Positions 29,362-40,283 of a stretch of 64,000 bases of DNA are shown here, piece by piece. The position numbers and the translations under genes are program-made. The notes beneath the pieces were generated by a model. That model was not told the DNA's origin. It was given only the letters and a program-made list of their open reading frames with translations, and did not search any database. Numbering within the stretch: position 1 is the stretch's first letter; the number at the start of each line of letters is the position of its first letter. The stretch is from assembly GCA_963663805.2 (NCBI GenBank), contig CAXXMR010000008.1:96001-160000 (forward strand). Reading direction: 5' to 3'. The stretch is from Sedimentisphaerales bacterium (GTDB lineage: Bacteria; Planctomycetota; Phycisphaerae; Sedimentisphaerales; SM23-30).

Positions 29362-30919
29362 CCGGTCGAGGAGCCAGTTCTGATGCCGCCTCAACGATAC
29401 CGGGGTCGAACTGGGTGCCGGAATTATTGCGAATTTCTTCGAGGGCCTTTTCAAAGTCACGGGCGGGCTGATAGGGTCGGTTTTCGGTCAGGGCAGTTAG
29501 AGCGTCAGCCACTGCCAGGATACCTACTTCGGGGAACCTGCCTTTTTCGTTGGTGTGAGCATCATAAGTTTTGTGATGAGTCTGTATGCAGTCCACGGTA
29601 AATTTGTCTGCTCCGAGCTTTTTCGAGAGCATTGCTCCAAAGTCGCTGTGCCGGGAAAGAAACTCCCACTGCTGTGGTGTCAACGGTTCGACCTGGCCCA
29701 GCAATTCTTCGGGAATGACGGCTTTGCCCAGGTCATGCAGTAAACCGGCCAGCATAATTCGTCTGGTCTGTGTTTGAGGCAGGGACATTTTTTGGGCCAG
29801 CTTACCCGCTGTCATTGCGACCTTTCGGCTATGGTTTCTGATATGTTCGGTTTGGTTGATGCCGAGCAGCGGGGCGGCGGCAATCAGGAACTTTTGCCAA
29901 TTATCAATGACATTGCCATCTTCCAGCTCTTTACTAACACTGAGGCAGTTGAATATTTGATTCATTCGCCAAGTGCAGGTTTGATTCCGTCCCTGTTTTT
30001 TAGCAAGGTACATAGCCTGGTCCGCCTGTTCGATAATATCGTAGTCCATTTTCCGGGTCGAGAAACTGGTTATACCCAGACTGGCGGTCACTTTAAGTTT
30101 GCCTTTGGGAGTTTCGGTAATTTCCTCGCTCAAGACATTGCGGAACGTCTCAGCCCAGCACCAGCCTCGGCTAATATCTGTTGAGGCCAGAATCATCAAA
30201 AATTCTTCACCGCCCCAGCGAATAGCGATATCGGCAGGTGTGACAGAATTTTTCAGCAGGCGACTTACGGTTACCAGGACCTGGTCGCCGGCTGGATGTC
30301 CATAATTATCGTTGATATTTTTGAAGTGGTCAATATCCATCAAAACACAGCAGGATTGTTCCCGGCGGTCTCGTGTGAAATTTCCGCAACAGAGCATTCT
30401 TTCGAAATATCTCCGGTTGTAGAGCCCTGTGAGCAGGTCGGTTTCGGCCAGGCGGGCTAATTCGTGATGCTGGTGACTGATACGCCGCTGCTGAAGATTA
30501 TATTTACGTTGTCTCTTTACAGCTAATTCGATGCGATTCCATAAGACATTGGGCTCAAGTGCCTCGAGTTTGGGGATAAAATCAACAGAACCATTTCTTA
30601 GACTGGAAATCACAATTTGCTGGTCCCTGCTGCTGGAGATAACCAGAGCGGGGCAGCCGTGCAGGTGAAAATCATTTTTCGAAAGCAGCTTATCGGCCGT
30701 GATGTCGGGAAGGTTATAGTCAACCAGTACACAATCAAAGCTTTGCTGACTTACAAGTTTCTGGAACTCCTTACCGCAACTGGCGACAGTAACTTCAATG
30801 TAGGGCCTGTTGGCTCGAATCAGCAGAGTCAACAACCGCTGATGGGCTGGGTTATCTTCAGCTAACAGTATTTTTATCGTATGGTCCGCAATTTTCGTTT
30901 CCATCCTGTCGTACTCCAT
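29345..30919 (-). CDS. Response regulator with diguanylate cyclase (GGEEF) and HD-GYP-like domains
   Basis: REC (LAEDN, DYNLPD), TDLLTGLYNRR, DIDHFKNINDNYGH, RWGGEEF, LLHDLGK and RPY motifs. The start codon is uncertain (30964, 30919 or 30904). Confidence 0.9.
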   Translation of the reverse strand: MEYDRMETKIADHTIKILLAEDNPAHQRLLTLLIRANRPYIEVTVASCGKEFQKLVSQQSFDCVLVDYNLPDITADKLLSKNDFHLHGCPALVISSSRDQQIVISSLRNGSVDFIPKLEALEPNVLWNRIELAVKRQRKYNLQQRRISHQHHELARLAETDLLTGLYNRRYFERMLCCGNFTRDRREQSCCVLMDIDHFKNINDNYGHPAGDQVLVTVSRLLKNSVTPADIAIRWGGEEFLMILASTDISRGWCWAETFRNVLSEEITETPKGKLKVTASLGITSFSTRKMDYDIIEQADQAMYLAKKQGRNQTCTWRMNQIFNCLSVSKELEDGNVIDNWQKFLIAAAPLLGINQTEHIRNHSRKVAMTAGKLAQKMSLPQTQTRRIMLAGLLHDLGKAVIPEELLGQVEPLTPQQWEFLSRHSDFGAMLSKKLGADKFTVDCIQTHHKTYDAHTNEKGRFPEVGILAVADALTALTENRPYQPARDFEKALEEIRNNSGTQFDPGIVEAASELAPRPAMSDA

Positions 30920-31344
30920 ATCCCCGACAAGGTATATAGAATATCGACTGATAAAACTGGGCATATAACAGGAAATCGGGAATAAAACCGGCTATATATT
31001 TTTTTTTGGCATGTCCGGGTTGGGGAAATAGATTTTCAGCGAGTCAAAATGTGATTTTATAGGTCGTGATATCAGAAAGAATAAGAGGACCTGCCAAATC
31101 CTGTTTTTTTTTCAGAGTCGTACCGATAATAAATCCGGGTAAGTGTTCACAGTAGTTTTGTACTGGTTCAGCGTGAATTGGACAAATGGCTTTCACGATT
31201 AACTCTTAAACTTGCCTTCGGCAAGAGGTTTTTAGAGGCATAAGAAGGCTCTGAATTGTCTGCTGAATGCCTCACAAATGGGGCGGCAGGTGTATAATTG
31301 CCACCCCCACGACAATTCGTTGTCCCGGCTGGCTATCCCCTGGC

Positions 31345-31410
31345 AGGTTGCACTGTGCAGCCGCTGGTTATTGTAATGCTCCACAAAATCAGTCACAAAT
31401 CGACAGGCAG
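31345..31410 (-). pseudogene. IS3-like transposase / integrase-core C-terminal fragment
   Basis: Translates as FVTDFVEHYNNQRLHSA, the YN..R.HS motif of rve integrase cores. No rest of the transposase or IRs seen. Confidence 0.55.
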
Positions 31411-31481
31411 TGGTTGTTTTTATTTTCAAACAAGAAAAAAAAAGATTTGCCCCCTTTTTCGTTCTTGAGAGTGGGGGGGGG

Positions 31482-31892
31482 TTAGAATACCGGCTGGCTG
31501 AGGTATTTCATTATCTGCTTTACCAGCTTATTGGTAACCGGTTTGATAATATAAGAATCGCAGCCCAGTTCCCGGCAATGCTGAATTTGCTGGGCGTCAC
31601 TGCACGTTGTGACCATAATTACGGGCATTTTTTTAAGTTCAGGTTTTTTTTTGACCGTTTCCAGGACCTTCAGGCCATCGACTTTGGGCATGCGAATATC
31701 CAGCAGCAGGATATACGGACATTGGGCGTCCCTAGCCTGGAGATTGTCCTGCCGGAAGAATTCCAGGGTTTCCTGGCCATCGACCAGACGAATCATTTCG
31801 TTCTCTATCCCGCTGCGGTGTAACAGGTTGCGAGTAAGAACGTAATGGCCATCATCGTCTTCAGCGATAAGAATAACCGTGTTCTGTGCCAT
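31482..31892 (-). CDS. Single-domain response regulator
   Basis: IAEDDD, LLLDIRMPKVDG and YIIKPV motifs. Confidence 0.92.
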   Translation of the reverse strand: MAQNTVILIAEDDDGHYVLTRNLLHRSGIENEMIRLVDGQETLEFFRQDNLQARDAQCPYILLLDIRMPKVDGLKVLETVKKKPELKKMPVIMVTTCSDAQQIQHCRELGCDSYIIKPVTNKLVKQIMKYLSQPVF

Positions 31893-31990
31893 TTTGCCGA
31901 ACTCAGATAAACTAGAAATCCTAAATCCTAACCCAGATAAACTGGAAATTCTAATCTCAAAAATTCAAAACAACATAAACAACAAAAATA

Positions 31991-32060
31991 TTTAACCGCG
32001 GATTACACGGATTACGCGGATTTTTAACGGCACCGCTTACTTACGTGCGCGGCTCTGATA
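31991..32060 (-). repeat. REP-like half site, GCCGTT and ATCCGyGTA tandem array (minus orientation)
   Basis: Minus strand reads tatcagagccgcgcacgtaagtaagcggt-gccgtt-aaaaatccgcgtaatccgtgtaatccgcggttaaa. Confidence 0.8.
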
Positions 32061-32182
32061 AATTGTGGCTATTTTGCGTAAAATTTCATTTGTAAGAGAC
32101 TAGCTCTTGAAAAACATCGTGTTCGAAAGATTTAACGAGTCTTTATACTAACAAACTCGGCAGAAATAGCCAGGGAATTTAT

Positions 32183-35100
32183 TTATTTTTCCGGTTCGGC
32201 GACCGTAAGCTGGAGAGGCCTGGTTTCGGCGCGGATTTTGGGGTTGTAGTATTCATAGACCGCCGAGGCGGGTGTTTGCGCCTTCAGCGGGAATTTTGCC
32301 AGTAGTTGATAGGATAGCTCCACCGGTTGATTGTGCTTGATTTCGCGCAAGTACACGATTATTTGTCGGGCGGTCGTGGAATATTTTTCGATAGTTCCAT
32401 TTTCGACGAGCTTGCGAAGTTGATCTTCAATAAGTGTGAATCCCGGCGGGATGGCCAAATCAACAATAACCATTTTAGCCGTGCCCGGTCGGTTATTTCT
32501 AATAGTCGCGGCCACATTTAGTATGTCACTGGTTTTCAGTTCGGTACGGTCGTAATTAAGTTTTATGGACATTGGCTCTTGAATTTCCGGTGTTACGCCC
32601 TGGCGGGGCAGGAAAAAGCGGGTCACCAGCTGATATTGCAGGTGGGCTTTTTCGGAAATTTTTATTTTGACGTTATTATCAGATTTGATGTGAGATTTCA
32701 AATCGACCATCTGCATGACATCAGAATTGGAGTTGTCAATATGGATGGTCGAGGCGTTGACCCCGTTGCAAAGTACCTGAATTTCCGCGTTAATGTCACG
32801 GCCAGTCTTCCGCTGAGCCATGAGCATTGCCCGCAAAGCCTGAATCGTCGCCTGGGTGGATTGCCACGTGCCGAAAGCGTCCTTATTTTTGGTCAGATAG
32901 TTAACGGCCTGGTTGACTGTCGTCGTATTTCTGCCAGCACGGACCAGGGCCTGAATCGCTAAAGCGGTAAGTTCGATATCCGCCGAGGCACCTGTGCCGT
33001 GGGTTGGAGTCTCTGATTTTGACTGCCAATAGGTAACATCATCTTTGGTTTTGCTCAGGTCCAGCAGCCGGGAAATTAGTTTTTCGGTACTCTGGTCATC
33101 GGGGACAGCCACCGCAAAGGTGTTGGCACTGAGGGCGATGGTGTAAGGGTCGGTGATTTTATCGAGGTTTTCGCGCAGATAATCCAGTCCCTTATTAATC
33201 TGATGCCCCTGATATTGAGTCGAAGCCAGTGCCCAGGTGATATAAGCGGTATTGCGGATAACATCGTCGGTAAATTTGTTGATAGCGCCTTCGCGGATGC
33301 CGCCTTCGGAGGGTTTGTAGCTGCCGTCATTTTCCTGGGCGTTCGCCAGCCACTGCTGAGTACGGCGGATAATGTCAGAATCGACGTTGTGTACGCGGGC
33401 CATGTCGTAGAATTCCATCAGGCCGTACGCGGTCAGGATGCGATGAGCCGGGGCCTTGCCGAACCACTCGAACCCGCCGCCATCGACCTCGAACGAGACC
33501 AGCCGCTGATAACCCTGGCTGATGAACCCTTCAGCCTTCATTTGGAGTTCGGGTGTTACCTTGCCGGTCGATTTGAGGTAATCGAGCACGAGAATATTGG
33601 GATAGGTCACCGATGAGGTTTGCTCAAAACAGCCGAAGGGCATTCTCAGCATAGCATCTAAGCCCTCAACGATCTGACTTAAAACGCCGGGATAGATTTT
33701 CAGGAACATCGCTGACGCGTCAGCGATAGCATTTTCGGGGATGGTTATATTGTGGGACACAGTTTCGGTTAGCCGACCGCTGTGAGTAATGAGATTTTCC
33801 TTGCCGTCGGGCAGGATTTCAACCGAGCGGGCCAGGGCGTCGCTTTGGGCGGTGCCGCGAGCGGTAACGGTGAATTTTTGCAGGCCGACCTTTTTGGCTG
33901 TGACCGGGAAATAGACGGCCCGGACTTCGTCAGGACTGAGAGTGACGTTGCGGGTGAGAGGGCCTTTGAGCTCAAACCATTCCTCCGGCGTAACTTCCAG
34001 CGTGATTTGCTGGTCGGTTTTGAGATAGTTATATAAAGCGACTGGTACATGAACCAAATCGTTCTGGGTTAGAGCGACGGGGAAGTCGATATCGACAAAG
34101 AAATCCTGGAAGACGCGGATGCCGGCAGTGGTTGAGCCGAGCTGTCCCAGTGTGGAAGATGCCGAGGCGGTTAGTCGCCAGGTGGTAATTGAGTCCGCCA
34201 GCGGCAAATCAAGAGTCGCCCGTCCCTGGCCATCCGTGATAAGAGCCGGCTCGAAGTAGAGAGTCTCAGGGAAATACTCACGAATCCGGATCGGCTCCGC
34301 CCCGGCTGAAGCGGATTCGTCGGCGACCATCAGAGCTTCGTTTTTGAACATTCTCATAGCTGGGTTTGGCAGTACTCCGGCTGCCTGGGGCATAGCCATT
34401 CCGAACGCCAGGTTATCTTCCATTTCCATCATCCCGCCGCCGCGTGCGAACCGGTCGTCAAAGACTCTGCGTTTAGCCAGGTCGATTTCGAAATCGTCAG
34501 CCGTAGCCCACTTGCCGTCGATGCCCGACGAGAGCAGTTTGAACCAGTGGTAATTCTGGCGATGTTCGGACCAGTCGCCCGTGATCTTCAGCTGACCCTG
34601 CCAGAGGTCCAGCGAATCTTTTTGTTTGAGAAATCCCAGTTCGACAAGCTGTGCGATAGTAACGGGGTTTTTATAGGTTCGTTTTGGGCGGTTTTTTTCT
34701 GATAGTTCGCTCAGGGCCTGCATGACGGCTTGATATTGGGGCAGGAGTTTATCGCGGAGCTTGTTTTGAAGTTGCTGTCCCTTGTTGTTGCGCTGGTAGG
34801 TGTTGACATTCAGCGGGAAGTTTTCCAGACCTTCGGCTGAGGCGAGCAGTATGCGGGCGGCCTGCTGCGCATGTGACTGCAAGGGGCGGGGCTGGGGGCC
34901 GGGGATGGGTGTTATTACGCAATCGTCGAGTTGGTAGCCGTGGATTTCGTAGCGGGGTTTGGTGATTTCCTGTTCGAGATAGAAGTAGATTTTTTCCAGA
35001 CCGGGCTGATTTTCCTGTAAGGCGTATACGGCTTCATCGACCACGATTAGGCCGAGCGCGGCGGGTAGGCCTTTGCCGTTTTTGTCGGTTACGTTGAATT

Positions 35101-37028
35101 GTAACTCCGCCGAGGTGCCGGGCAGGTAGGTTCTATCGGTCCCGGTAATCTGGATATTAAGGTCGTTGGCGGGGTCGATGAGGATGATTTTGTGGTCGCG
35201 GGTGGCGATTCCTTCGGGCCCGAGCAGCCAGGCGGTGATTTGAACGGTGCCGGACAAGGTCGCGTCGATAGCAACGGTGTCCTGGGCCCGGCCGTTACGC
35301 AGTTCCAGGGTGCGGGTGAGGAAGGTTTGGGAATCTTTGATGATGTCCAGATATAGTGTTCCGGTTTGCTGAGTGGAAAGGGCGGTGAGTTTAATTTCGT
35401 CACCGACTTTATACAGGGCGTGGTCCAGACGCAAGAGGAGGGATTGTTCATTTGGTGGGGCGGTGGGGAGCTGGATGTTTTTTTGGGCTTTTTGGCCGCG
35501 TTCGTCCTGGGCGAATAATTGCATTTCGGGGGTAGAATCGGTGGGGGTGATGGCGAACTGGGCGAAACCTCCGTCGTCGGTTTTGGTTTCGATAGGGGCG
35601 TTGGGTGCGTTTTGCCAGGTGAGTGTGCAGGGGGCGGGGGTGCCGTCGGCGTAGGTGGTGACGAGGTATATATAGTTTGTGAGGCCGGTGATGAGTTGGC
35701 CTGATTCGGCGGCGGCGGCAATGATAATTGGCTCAGCGGTGATGGTGAGGTTGCGGGTGATGGTTTCCTGATGGTCGGCGGTGTCGATAAGTTCTACGTC
35801 GATTTTTACTGAGGCTTTGCCGTCCTGGAGGGGTTGGCCTACGAAATGGTCGGGCAGTTGGGCTTCAAACATATATTGGCCGGAATCGCTGGTACGACCT
35901 TCGATGATTTGGAATTGTTCGTAAGCGACATCGAATTTTGAACAGGTGATTTTGACTTTGGCGTTAGCGACGGGTTTGCCGAAAAAGTAGTCGGCCTGGA
36001 TGGTTCCTTTAATGGTTTGGCCGGGCTGGTAGAAGGGGTGGTCGGGAGTGAAGTTGATTTTGTATTTGGGCAGGACGTAGCGTTCGATGTTTACGGTTTT
36101 TTCCTGCTGGGAAGCGTCGGTGATGACGCGAATTCGCCAGGTGCCGAGATTGAGTTCGTTAGCGAGTACAAAATCGGTGTGGGCGATACCGTATTGGTCG
36201 GTTTGGGCGGTTATTTTGCCGAGTTTGTTGCCTTTTGCGTCTTCGATTTCGAAGGTGACCGGGCTGTCCGCCAGCGGCTTAAGTTCGGGCTGATTGAGGG
36301 TTAGTGAGCGGATGTGAATGGTTTGGCCGGGCTGATAGATGGGTTTGTCGGTGGTGAGCAGGGTTTTCAGGGCGGTGCGGATGGAGATTGATTCTTCGAT
36401 TTGGTCCTGGTTGGTGGCGGTTTGGGCGGTAATACGGAGCAGGGCGGATTCTAATGGGATATCGGGCATTCTCAGGGGCAGGGCGGCATGGCCCCGGTCG
36501 TCAGTTTTGACATTGGCGGCGGCGATTACCGTGTCGTCGTGGATGAGTTCAGCGGTTATGGCGGCATGGGGTACGGGTCGGTCGGCGGCACGGTCGCGGA
36601 GGATTACGGTGATTATCGGTTGGGTTCCGACGAGGAATTCACGTTGGCCGAGAACGATGGTTTCGAGAATCTGGCTTAATAATAGTATGCTGCGTCGCTG
36701 ATATTCCTGTTGGGAGTTGAAGCGGTAGCGGACGTAGTAGTTTTCCCGGTTCGGCGGGGGTCAGGGCGGCAGTGAAGGTGACGGTAACTGGTTTGCCTTT
36801 ATGGTTTTGGGTGACTTTGGCCAGGAGTTGGTTGTCGAGGTTATATAGTTCGGCTTCAAAGGTGCCGGGCGGGGCGGCGGCGGGGTCGAAAACGAGGGTG
36901 AGGTGGTCGGTGGTGATTTCACGCAGGGCGAGAATTTCGGCGGTGGTTTGGTTCTGGGCGGTCAGCAGAGCGGCGGCGGTTACGGTAAGGCCAATTGCAA
37001 TAGAAAGTATGGTTCCAGTTTTTTTCAT
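32183..37028 (-). CDS. Bacterial alpha-2-macroglobulin with intact thioester motif; +1 frameshift at about 36745-36747
   Basis: TDKPIYQPGQ MG2, VVDEAV, IREYFPETL, LADSITTW, GCFEQ thioester and VYEYYNP receptor-binding domain. Deleting one base joins the signal-peptide ORF 36639..37028 to the main ORF (about 1614 aa). Confidence 0.9.
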
Positions 37029-37260
37029 TTCGGGGCCCCTTATGTTTGAGACATTGTTTTTTTGTTCCTGTTTCTTATGACAGCCGGAGGGGGGAGAAGT
37101 TTCAAGATTTTTCTGGATTTTTTGAGAAAGGCAGGTGTGGTAAGGCGTGTTTTTTATGGGGAATTAGGTAGTGGTAAATCCTTGTGGGGCGGGGGTTGGG
37201 CGGCTATAATACGGGTTTTGCTGGTATTTTAAGGCGTAAATTCGATAGAAAAGGTAAAAA

Positions 37261-38694
37261 ATGGCTGAGACACTCAAAAAACTCGATGATCTGGTGGCAT
37301 TGTGCAAGCGGCGGGGATTCATATTCCAAAGCAGTGATATATATGGCGGGTTGGCTAGCTGCTACGATTATGGTCCGCTGGGTGCGGAGCTGAAACATAA
37401 TGTCAAGAACGCGTGGTGGAAAAATGTGGTGCAGATGCGTGATGATATGGTCGGGCTGGACTGCTCGATTCTGATGCACCCGATGGTTTGGAAAGCTTCG
37501 GGTCATCTGGACAAGTTTTCGGATTTGATTTGTGAGTGTCGCAAGTGCAATACGCGGACGCGGGTGGACCATCTGGCTACCAAGGAAGGCAGCGACAGCG
37601 AGGAGCTGGTCGATAAGGTATGTCCATCGTGCGGGACTACGGGTCAGTTTACCGAGCCGATGCCGTTTAAGCTGATGTTTGAGACTCAGATGGGTGCTAA
37701 CGCTGATGATTCGATGACGGTTTATCTTCGGCCTGAGACGGCACAGGGGATTTTCGCTAATTATCGCAATGTTCTGGACTCGACGCGGATAAAGGTTCCT
37801 TTTGGGATCGCTCAGACGGGCAAGAGTTTTCGGAACGAGGTTACGACCAAAGCGTTTATCTTCCGGACACGTGAATTTGAGCAGATGGAAATTGAATTTT
37901 TCTGCAAGCCGGGTACTGACGATGAATGGTATGAACATTGGAAAGAACAGCGGATGAGCTGGTATACGAATCTGGGAGTTAGGCCGGGCAATTTGCGGTT
38001 CCGGGATCATGACCCGGATGAGCTGGCTCATTATGCCAAGGCTTGTGTTGATATTGAATATAAGTTCCCGTTCGGGCAGGGCGACTGGCAGGAGCTGGAA
38101 GGTATCGCTAACCGTACGGATTATGATTTGCGTCAGCATCAGCGGGGGATGCGGAGTGTGACCAAGTGGTTTGAGGCGGGGCGTGATACGGTTAAAACTG
38201 AGCTGGTGGCGGAGTCTGAAGACTGGCAGAAGGGGCCTTTGAGTTTCTTTGATGACCAGGCGCGGGAACGTTATATACCTTATGTGATTGAGCCTTCGGC
38301 GGGTGCGGACCGGGGAACGCTGGCGTTTCTGGTGGATGCTTACGCTGAGGAAGAAGTCAAGGGCGAGAAGCGTAATGTTTTGCGTTTTCATCCGGCGCTG
38401 GCACCGATCAAGGTGGCGATTTTTCCGCTGGTTAAGAAGGAAGGTATGCCGGAAAAGGCGCACGCTATCCATGATGATTTGCGTCGTCATTTTGCTTGTT
38501 TCTATGACGAAAAGAGCGCGGTGGGTCGTCGTTATCGTCGGCAGGATGAGGCGGGGACACCTTACTGCGTTTGTGTTGACGGTCAGACAAACGAAGATAA
38601 TACGGTTACGGTGCGTGACCGTGATACGATGGAGCAGGTTCGGGTTGGCTGTGATCAGTTGAAGGGTTATCTGCGGGATAAACTGGATTTGTAG
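37261..38694 (+). CDS. glyQS: Glycine--tRNA ligase, homodimeric (alpha2) type
   Basis: KRRGFIFQSSDIYGG, YLRPETAQGIF, FRTREFEQMEIE and GRRYRRQDEAGTP motifs. Confidence 0.97.
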   Translation: MAETLKKLDDLVALCKRRGFIFQSSDIYGGLASCYDYGPLGAELKHNVKNAWWKNVVQMRDDMVGLDCSILMHPMVWKASGHLDKFSDLICECRKCNTRTRVDHLATKEGSDSEELVDKVCPSCGTTGQFTEPMPFKLMFETQMGANADDSMTVYLRPETAQGIFANYRNVLDSTRIKVPFGIAQTGKSFRNEVTTKAFIFRTREFEQMEIEFFCKPGTDDEWYEHWKEQRMSWYTNLGVRPGNLRFRDHDPDELAHYAKACVDIEYKFPFGQGDWQELEGIANRTDYDLRQHQRGMRSVTKWFEAGRDTVKTELVAESEDWQKGPLSFFDDQARERYIPYVIEPSAGADRGTLAFLVDAYAEEEVKGEKRNVLRFHPALAPIKVAIFPLVKKEGMPEKAHAIHDDLRRHFACFYDEKSAVGRRYRRQDEAGTPYCVCVDGQTNEDNTVTVRDRDTMEQVRVGCDQLKGYLRDKLDL

Positions 38695-38719
38695 GCAAAT
38701 TCTACTGTTGGGAGTTGAC

Positions 38720-40135
38720 ATGAAACAGGTCAAAAGCAGGCGTGATTTTCTGAAACTAACCGCGTCATCTCTGGCGTGCGCTTTGTTTCCGGGTTGTGCG
38801 GGGTTGGGAAGGTCTGGGGCAAAGAGAAAACGCCCTAATATCGTTCTGATCTTTCTGGATGACTCGGGCTGGTCAGACTTTGAGCCTTTTGGTCAACATG
38901 AATATCATACTCCCAATGTGAATCGTCTAGCGAGTGAGGGTTGTTGTTTTACTCATTTTTATGTGCCTCAGGCGGTATGTTCGGCATCCCGTGCTTCGTT
39001 GCTTTGCGGTTGTTTTCCGGGCAGGACGAAAGTGTTTGGTGCTTTGAGGCCCAAAAAACGCGGGCTGGAGCCAAAGTACAAGATTATGTCGGAGGTATTG
39101 GGGGCGAATGGGTATAAGACGGCGGTTTTCGGCAAGTGGCATATTGGTGACGACGAAGGCACGCGGCCCTGGGATAGAGGTTTTGATGAATCCTGCGGGC
39201 TGCTTTACTCAAATGATATGTGGGGGCATCATCCGCAAAACCCCGAGTACTGGGCTCAGCATCCCTTGCAGTTTTTTGAGAAGGACAAGGCGACAATTGA
39301 AAGTGTTCAGCCGGAAGATCAGGCGATGCTTACAACCTGGTATACGGAGCACTCGGTTGATTTTATCAAACGTCATAAGGATGTTCCGTTTTTTCTTTAT
39401 GTCCCGCATTCCATGCCTCATGTGCCGATATATGTGAGCGATAAGTTTCGGGGCAAATCCGGGCAGGGGCTGTATGGTGATGTGATCATGGAGATTGACT
39501 GGTCGGTGGGGCAGATTAATCAAGCGTTGAAGGAATGCGGTATCGAAGATGATACGCTGGTGATACTCAGCAGTGACAATGGTCCCTGGATTGTTTATGG
39601 TAATCATGCGGGGCAGACGCCTTTCCGGGAGGCCAAGGGTACAACTTTTGACGGCGGGATTCGCAGTGCGTGTATAATGAAGTATCCCGGCAAGATCGCC
39701 GCGGGTTCAGAAAGTGAACAGATGTTCAGTACTGTCGATCTTATGCCTACGCTGGCAGGGTTGGCGGGTGCGGTTTTGCCGGATGGTGAAATTGACGGTA
39801 GAGATGTCTGGGATATTATCGCTGGGAAGGCGGGGGCGGAAAATCCGCATGATTATTATCCGTTTTCCAATAACAGGGAGTTTCAGGGTGTTATCAGCGG
39901 TGACGGGAGGTGGAAGCTGCATGTTACTCATGAATATCGTACTCTGGAGGTGGCGGGTAAAGACGGCAAGCCGGGTGAGTATAAGAAAGAAAAGATCGGC
40001 TGGTCGCTTTTTGATATGAAAAATGACCCTATGGAAAGCGAAGATGTAAAGGATAAATATCCGGAAATATTCGAGTGTCTTAAAAAACATGCGCTTGGTC
40101 ACAAGCAGAGATTTTATTCCAAACAGAAAATCTGA
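38720..40135 (+). CDS. Formylglycine-dependent sulfatase with TAT/lipoprotein signal
   Basis: SRRDFLK TAT motif, RPNIVLIFLDD, CSASRASLL active site, GKWH and SSDNGP. Confidence 0.93.
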   Translation: MKQVKSRRDFLKLTASSLACALFPGCAGLGRSGAKRKRPNIVLIFLDDSGWSDFEPFGQHEYHTPNVNRLASEGCCFTHFYVPQAVCSASRASLLCGCFPGRTKVFGALRPKKRGLEPKYKIMSEVLGANGYKTAVFGKWHIGDDEGTRPWDRGFDESCGLLYSNDMWGHHPQNPEYWAQHPLQFFEKDKATIESVQPEDQAMLTTWYTEHSVDFIKRHKDVPFFLYVPHSMPHVPIYVSDKFRGKSGQGLYGDVIMEIDWSVGQINQALKECGIEDDTLVILSSDNGPWIVYGNHAGQTPFREAKGTTFDGGIRSACIMKYPGKIAAGSESEQMFSTVDLMPTLAGLAGAVLPDGEIDGRDVWDIIAGKAGAENPHDYYPFSNNREFQGVISGDGRWKLHVTHEYRTLEVAGKDGKPGEYKKEKIGWSLFDMKNDPMESEDVKDKYPEIFECLKKHALGHKQRFYSKQKI

Positions 40136-40283
40136 ATGTGTCTTACAGGTGAAGATATGCCGGATAAAAGCGAGGCGGCTGAGCGTATAGAAAGTCAATA
40201 GAAGGAGTGAAGTAATATTGCGTGTCGAGAGGGGCCCTTTGTTTGAAAGTTTAGAAACATATAGTTTGCGAGAGGCTTAGGCG

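Noticed and set aside
37204..38733. 509-aa antisense ORF
   Set aside because: Shadow of glyQS.
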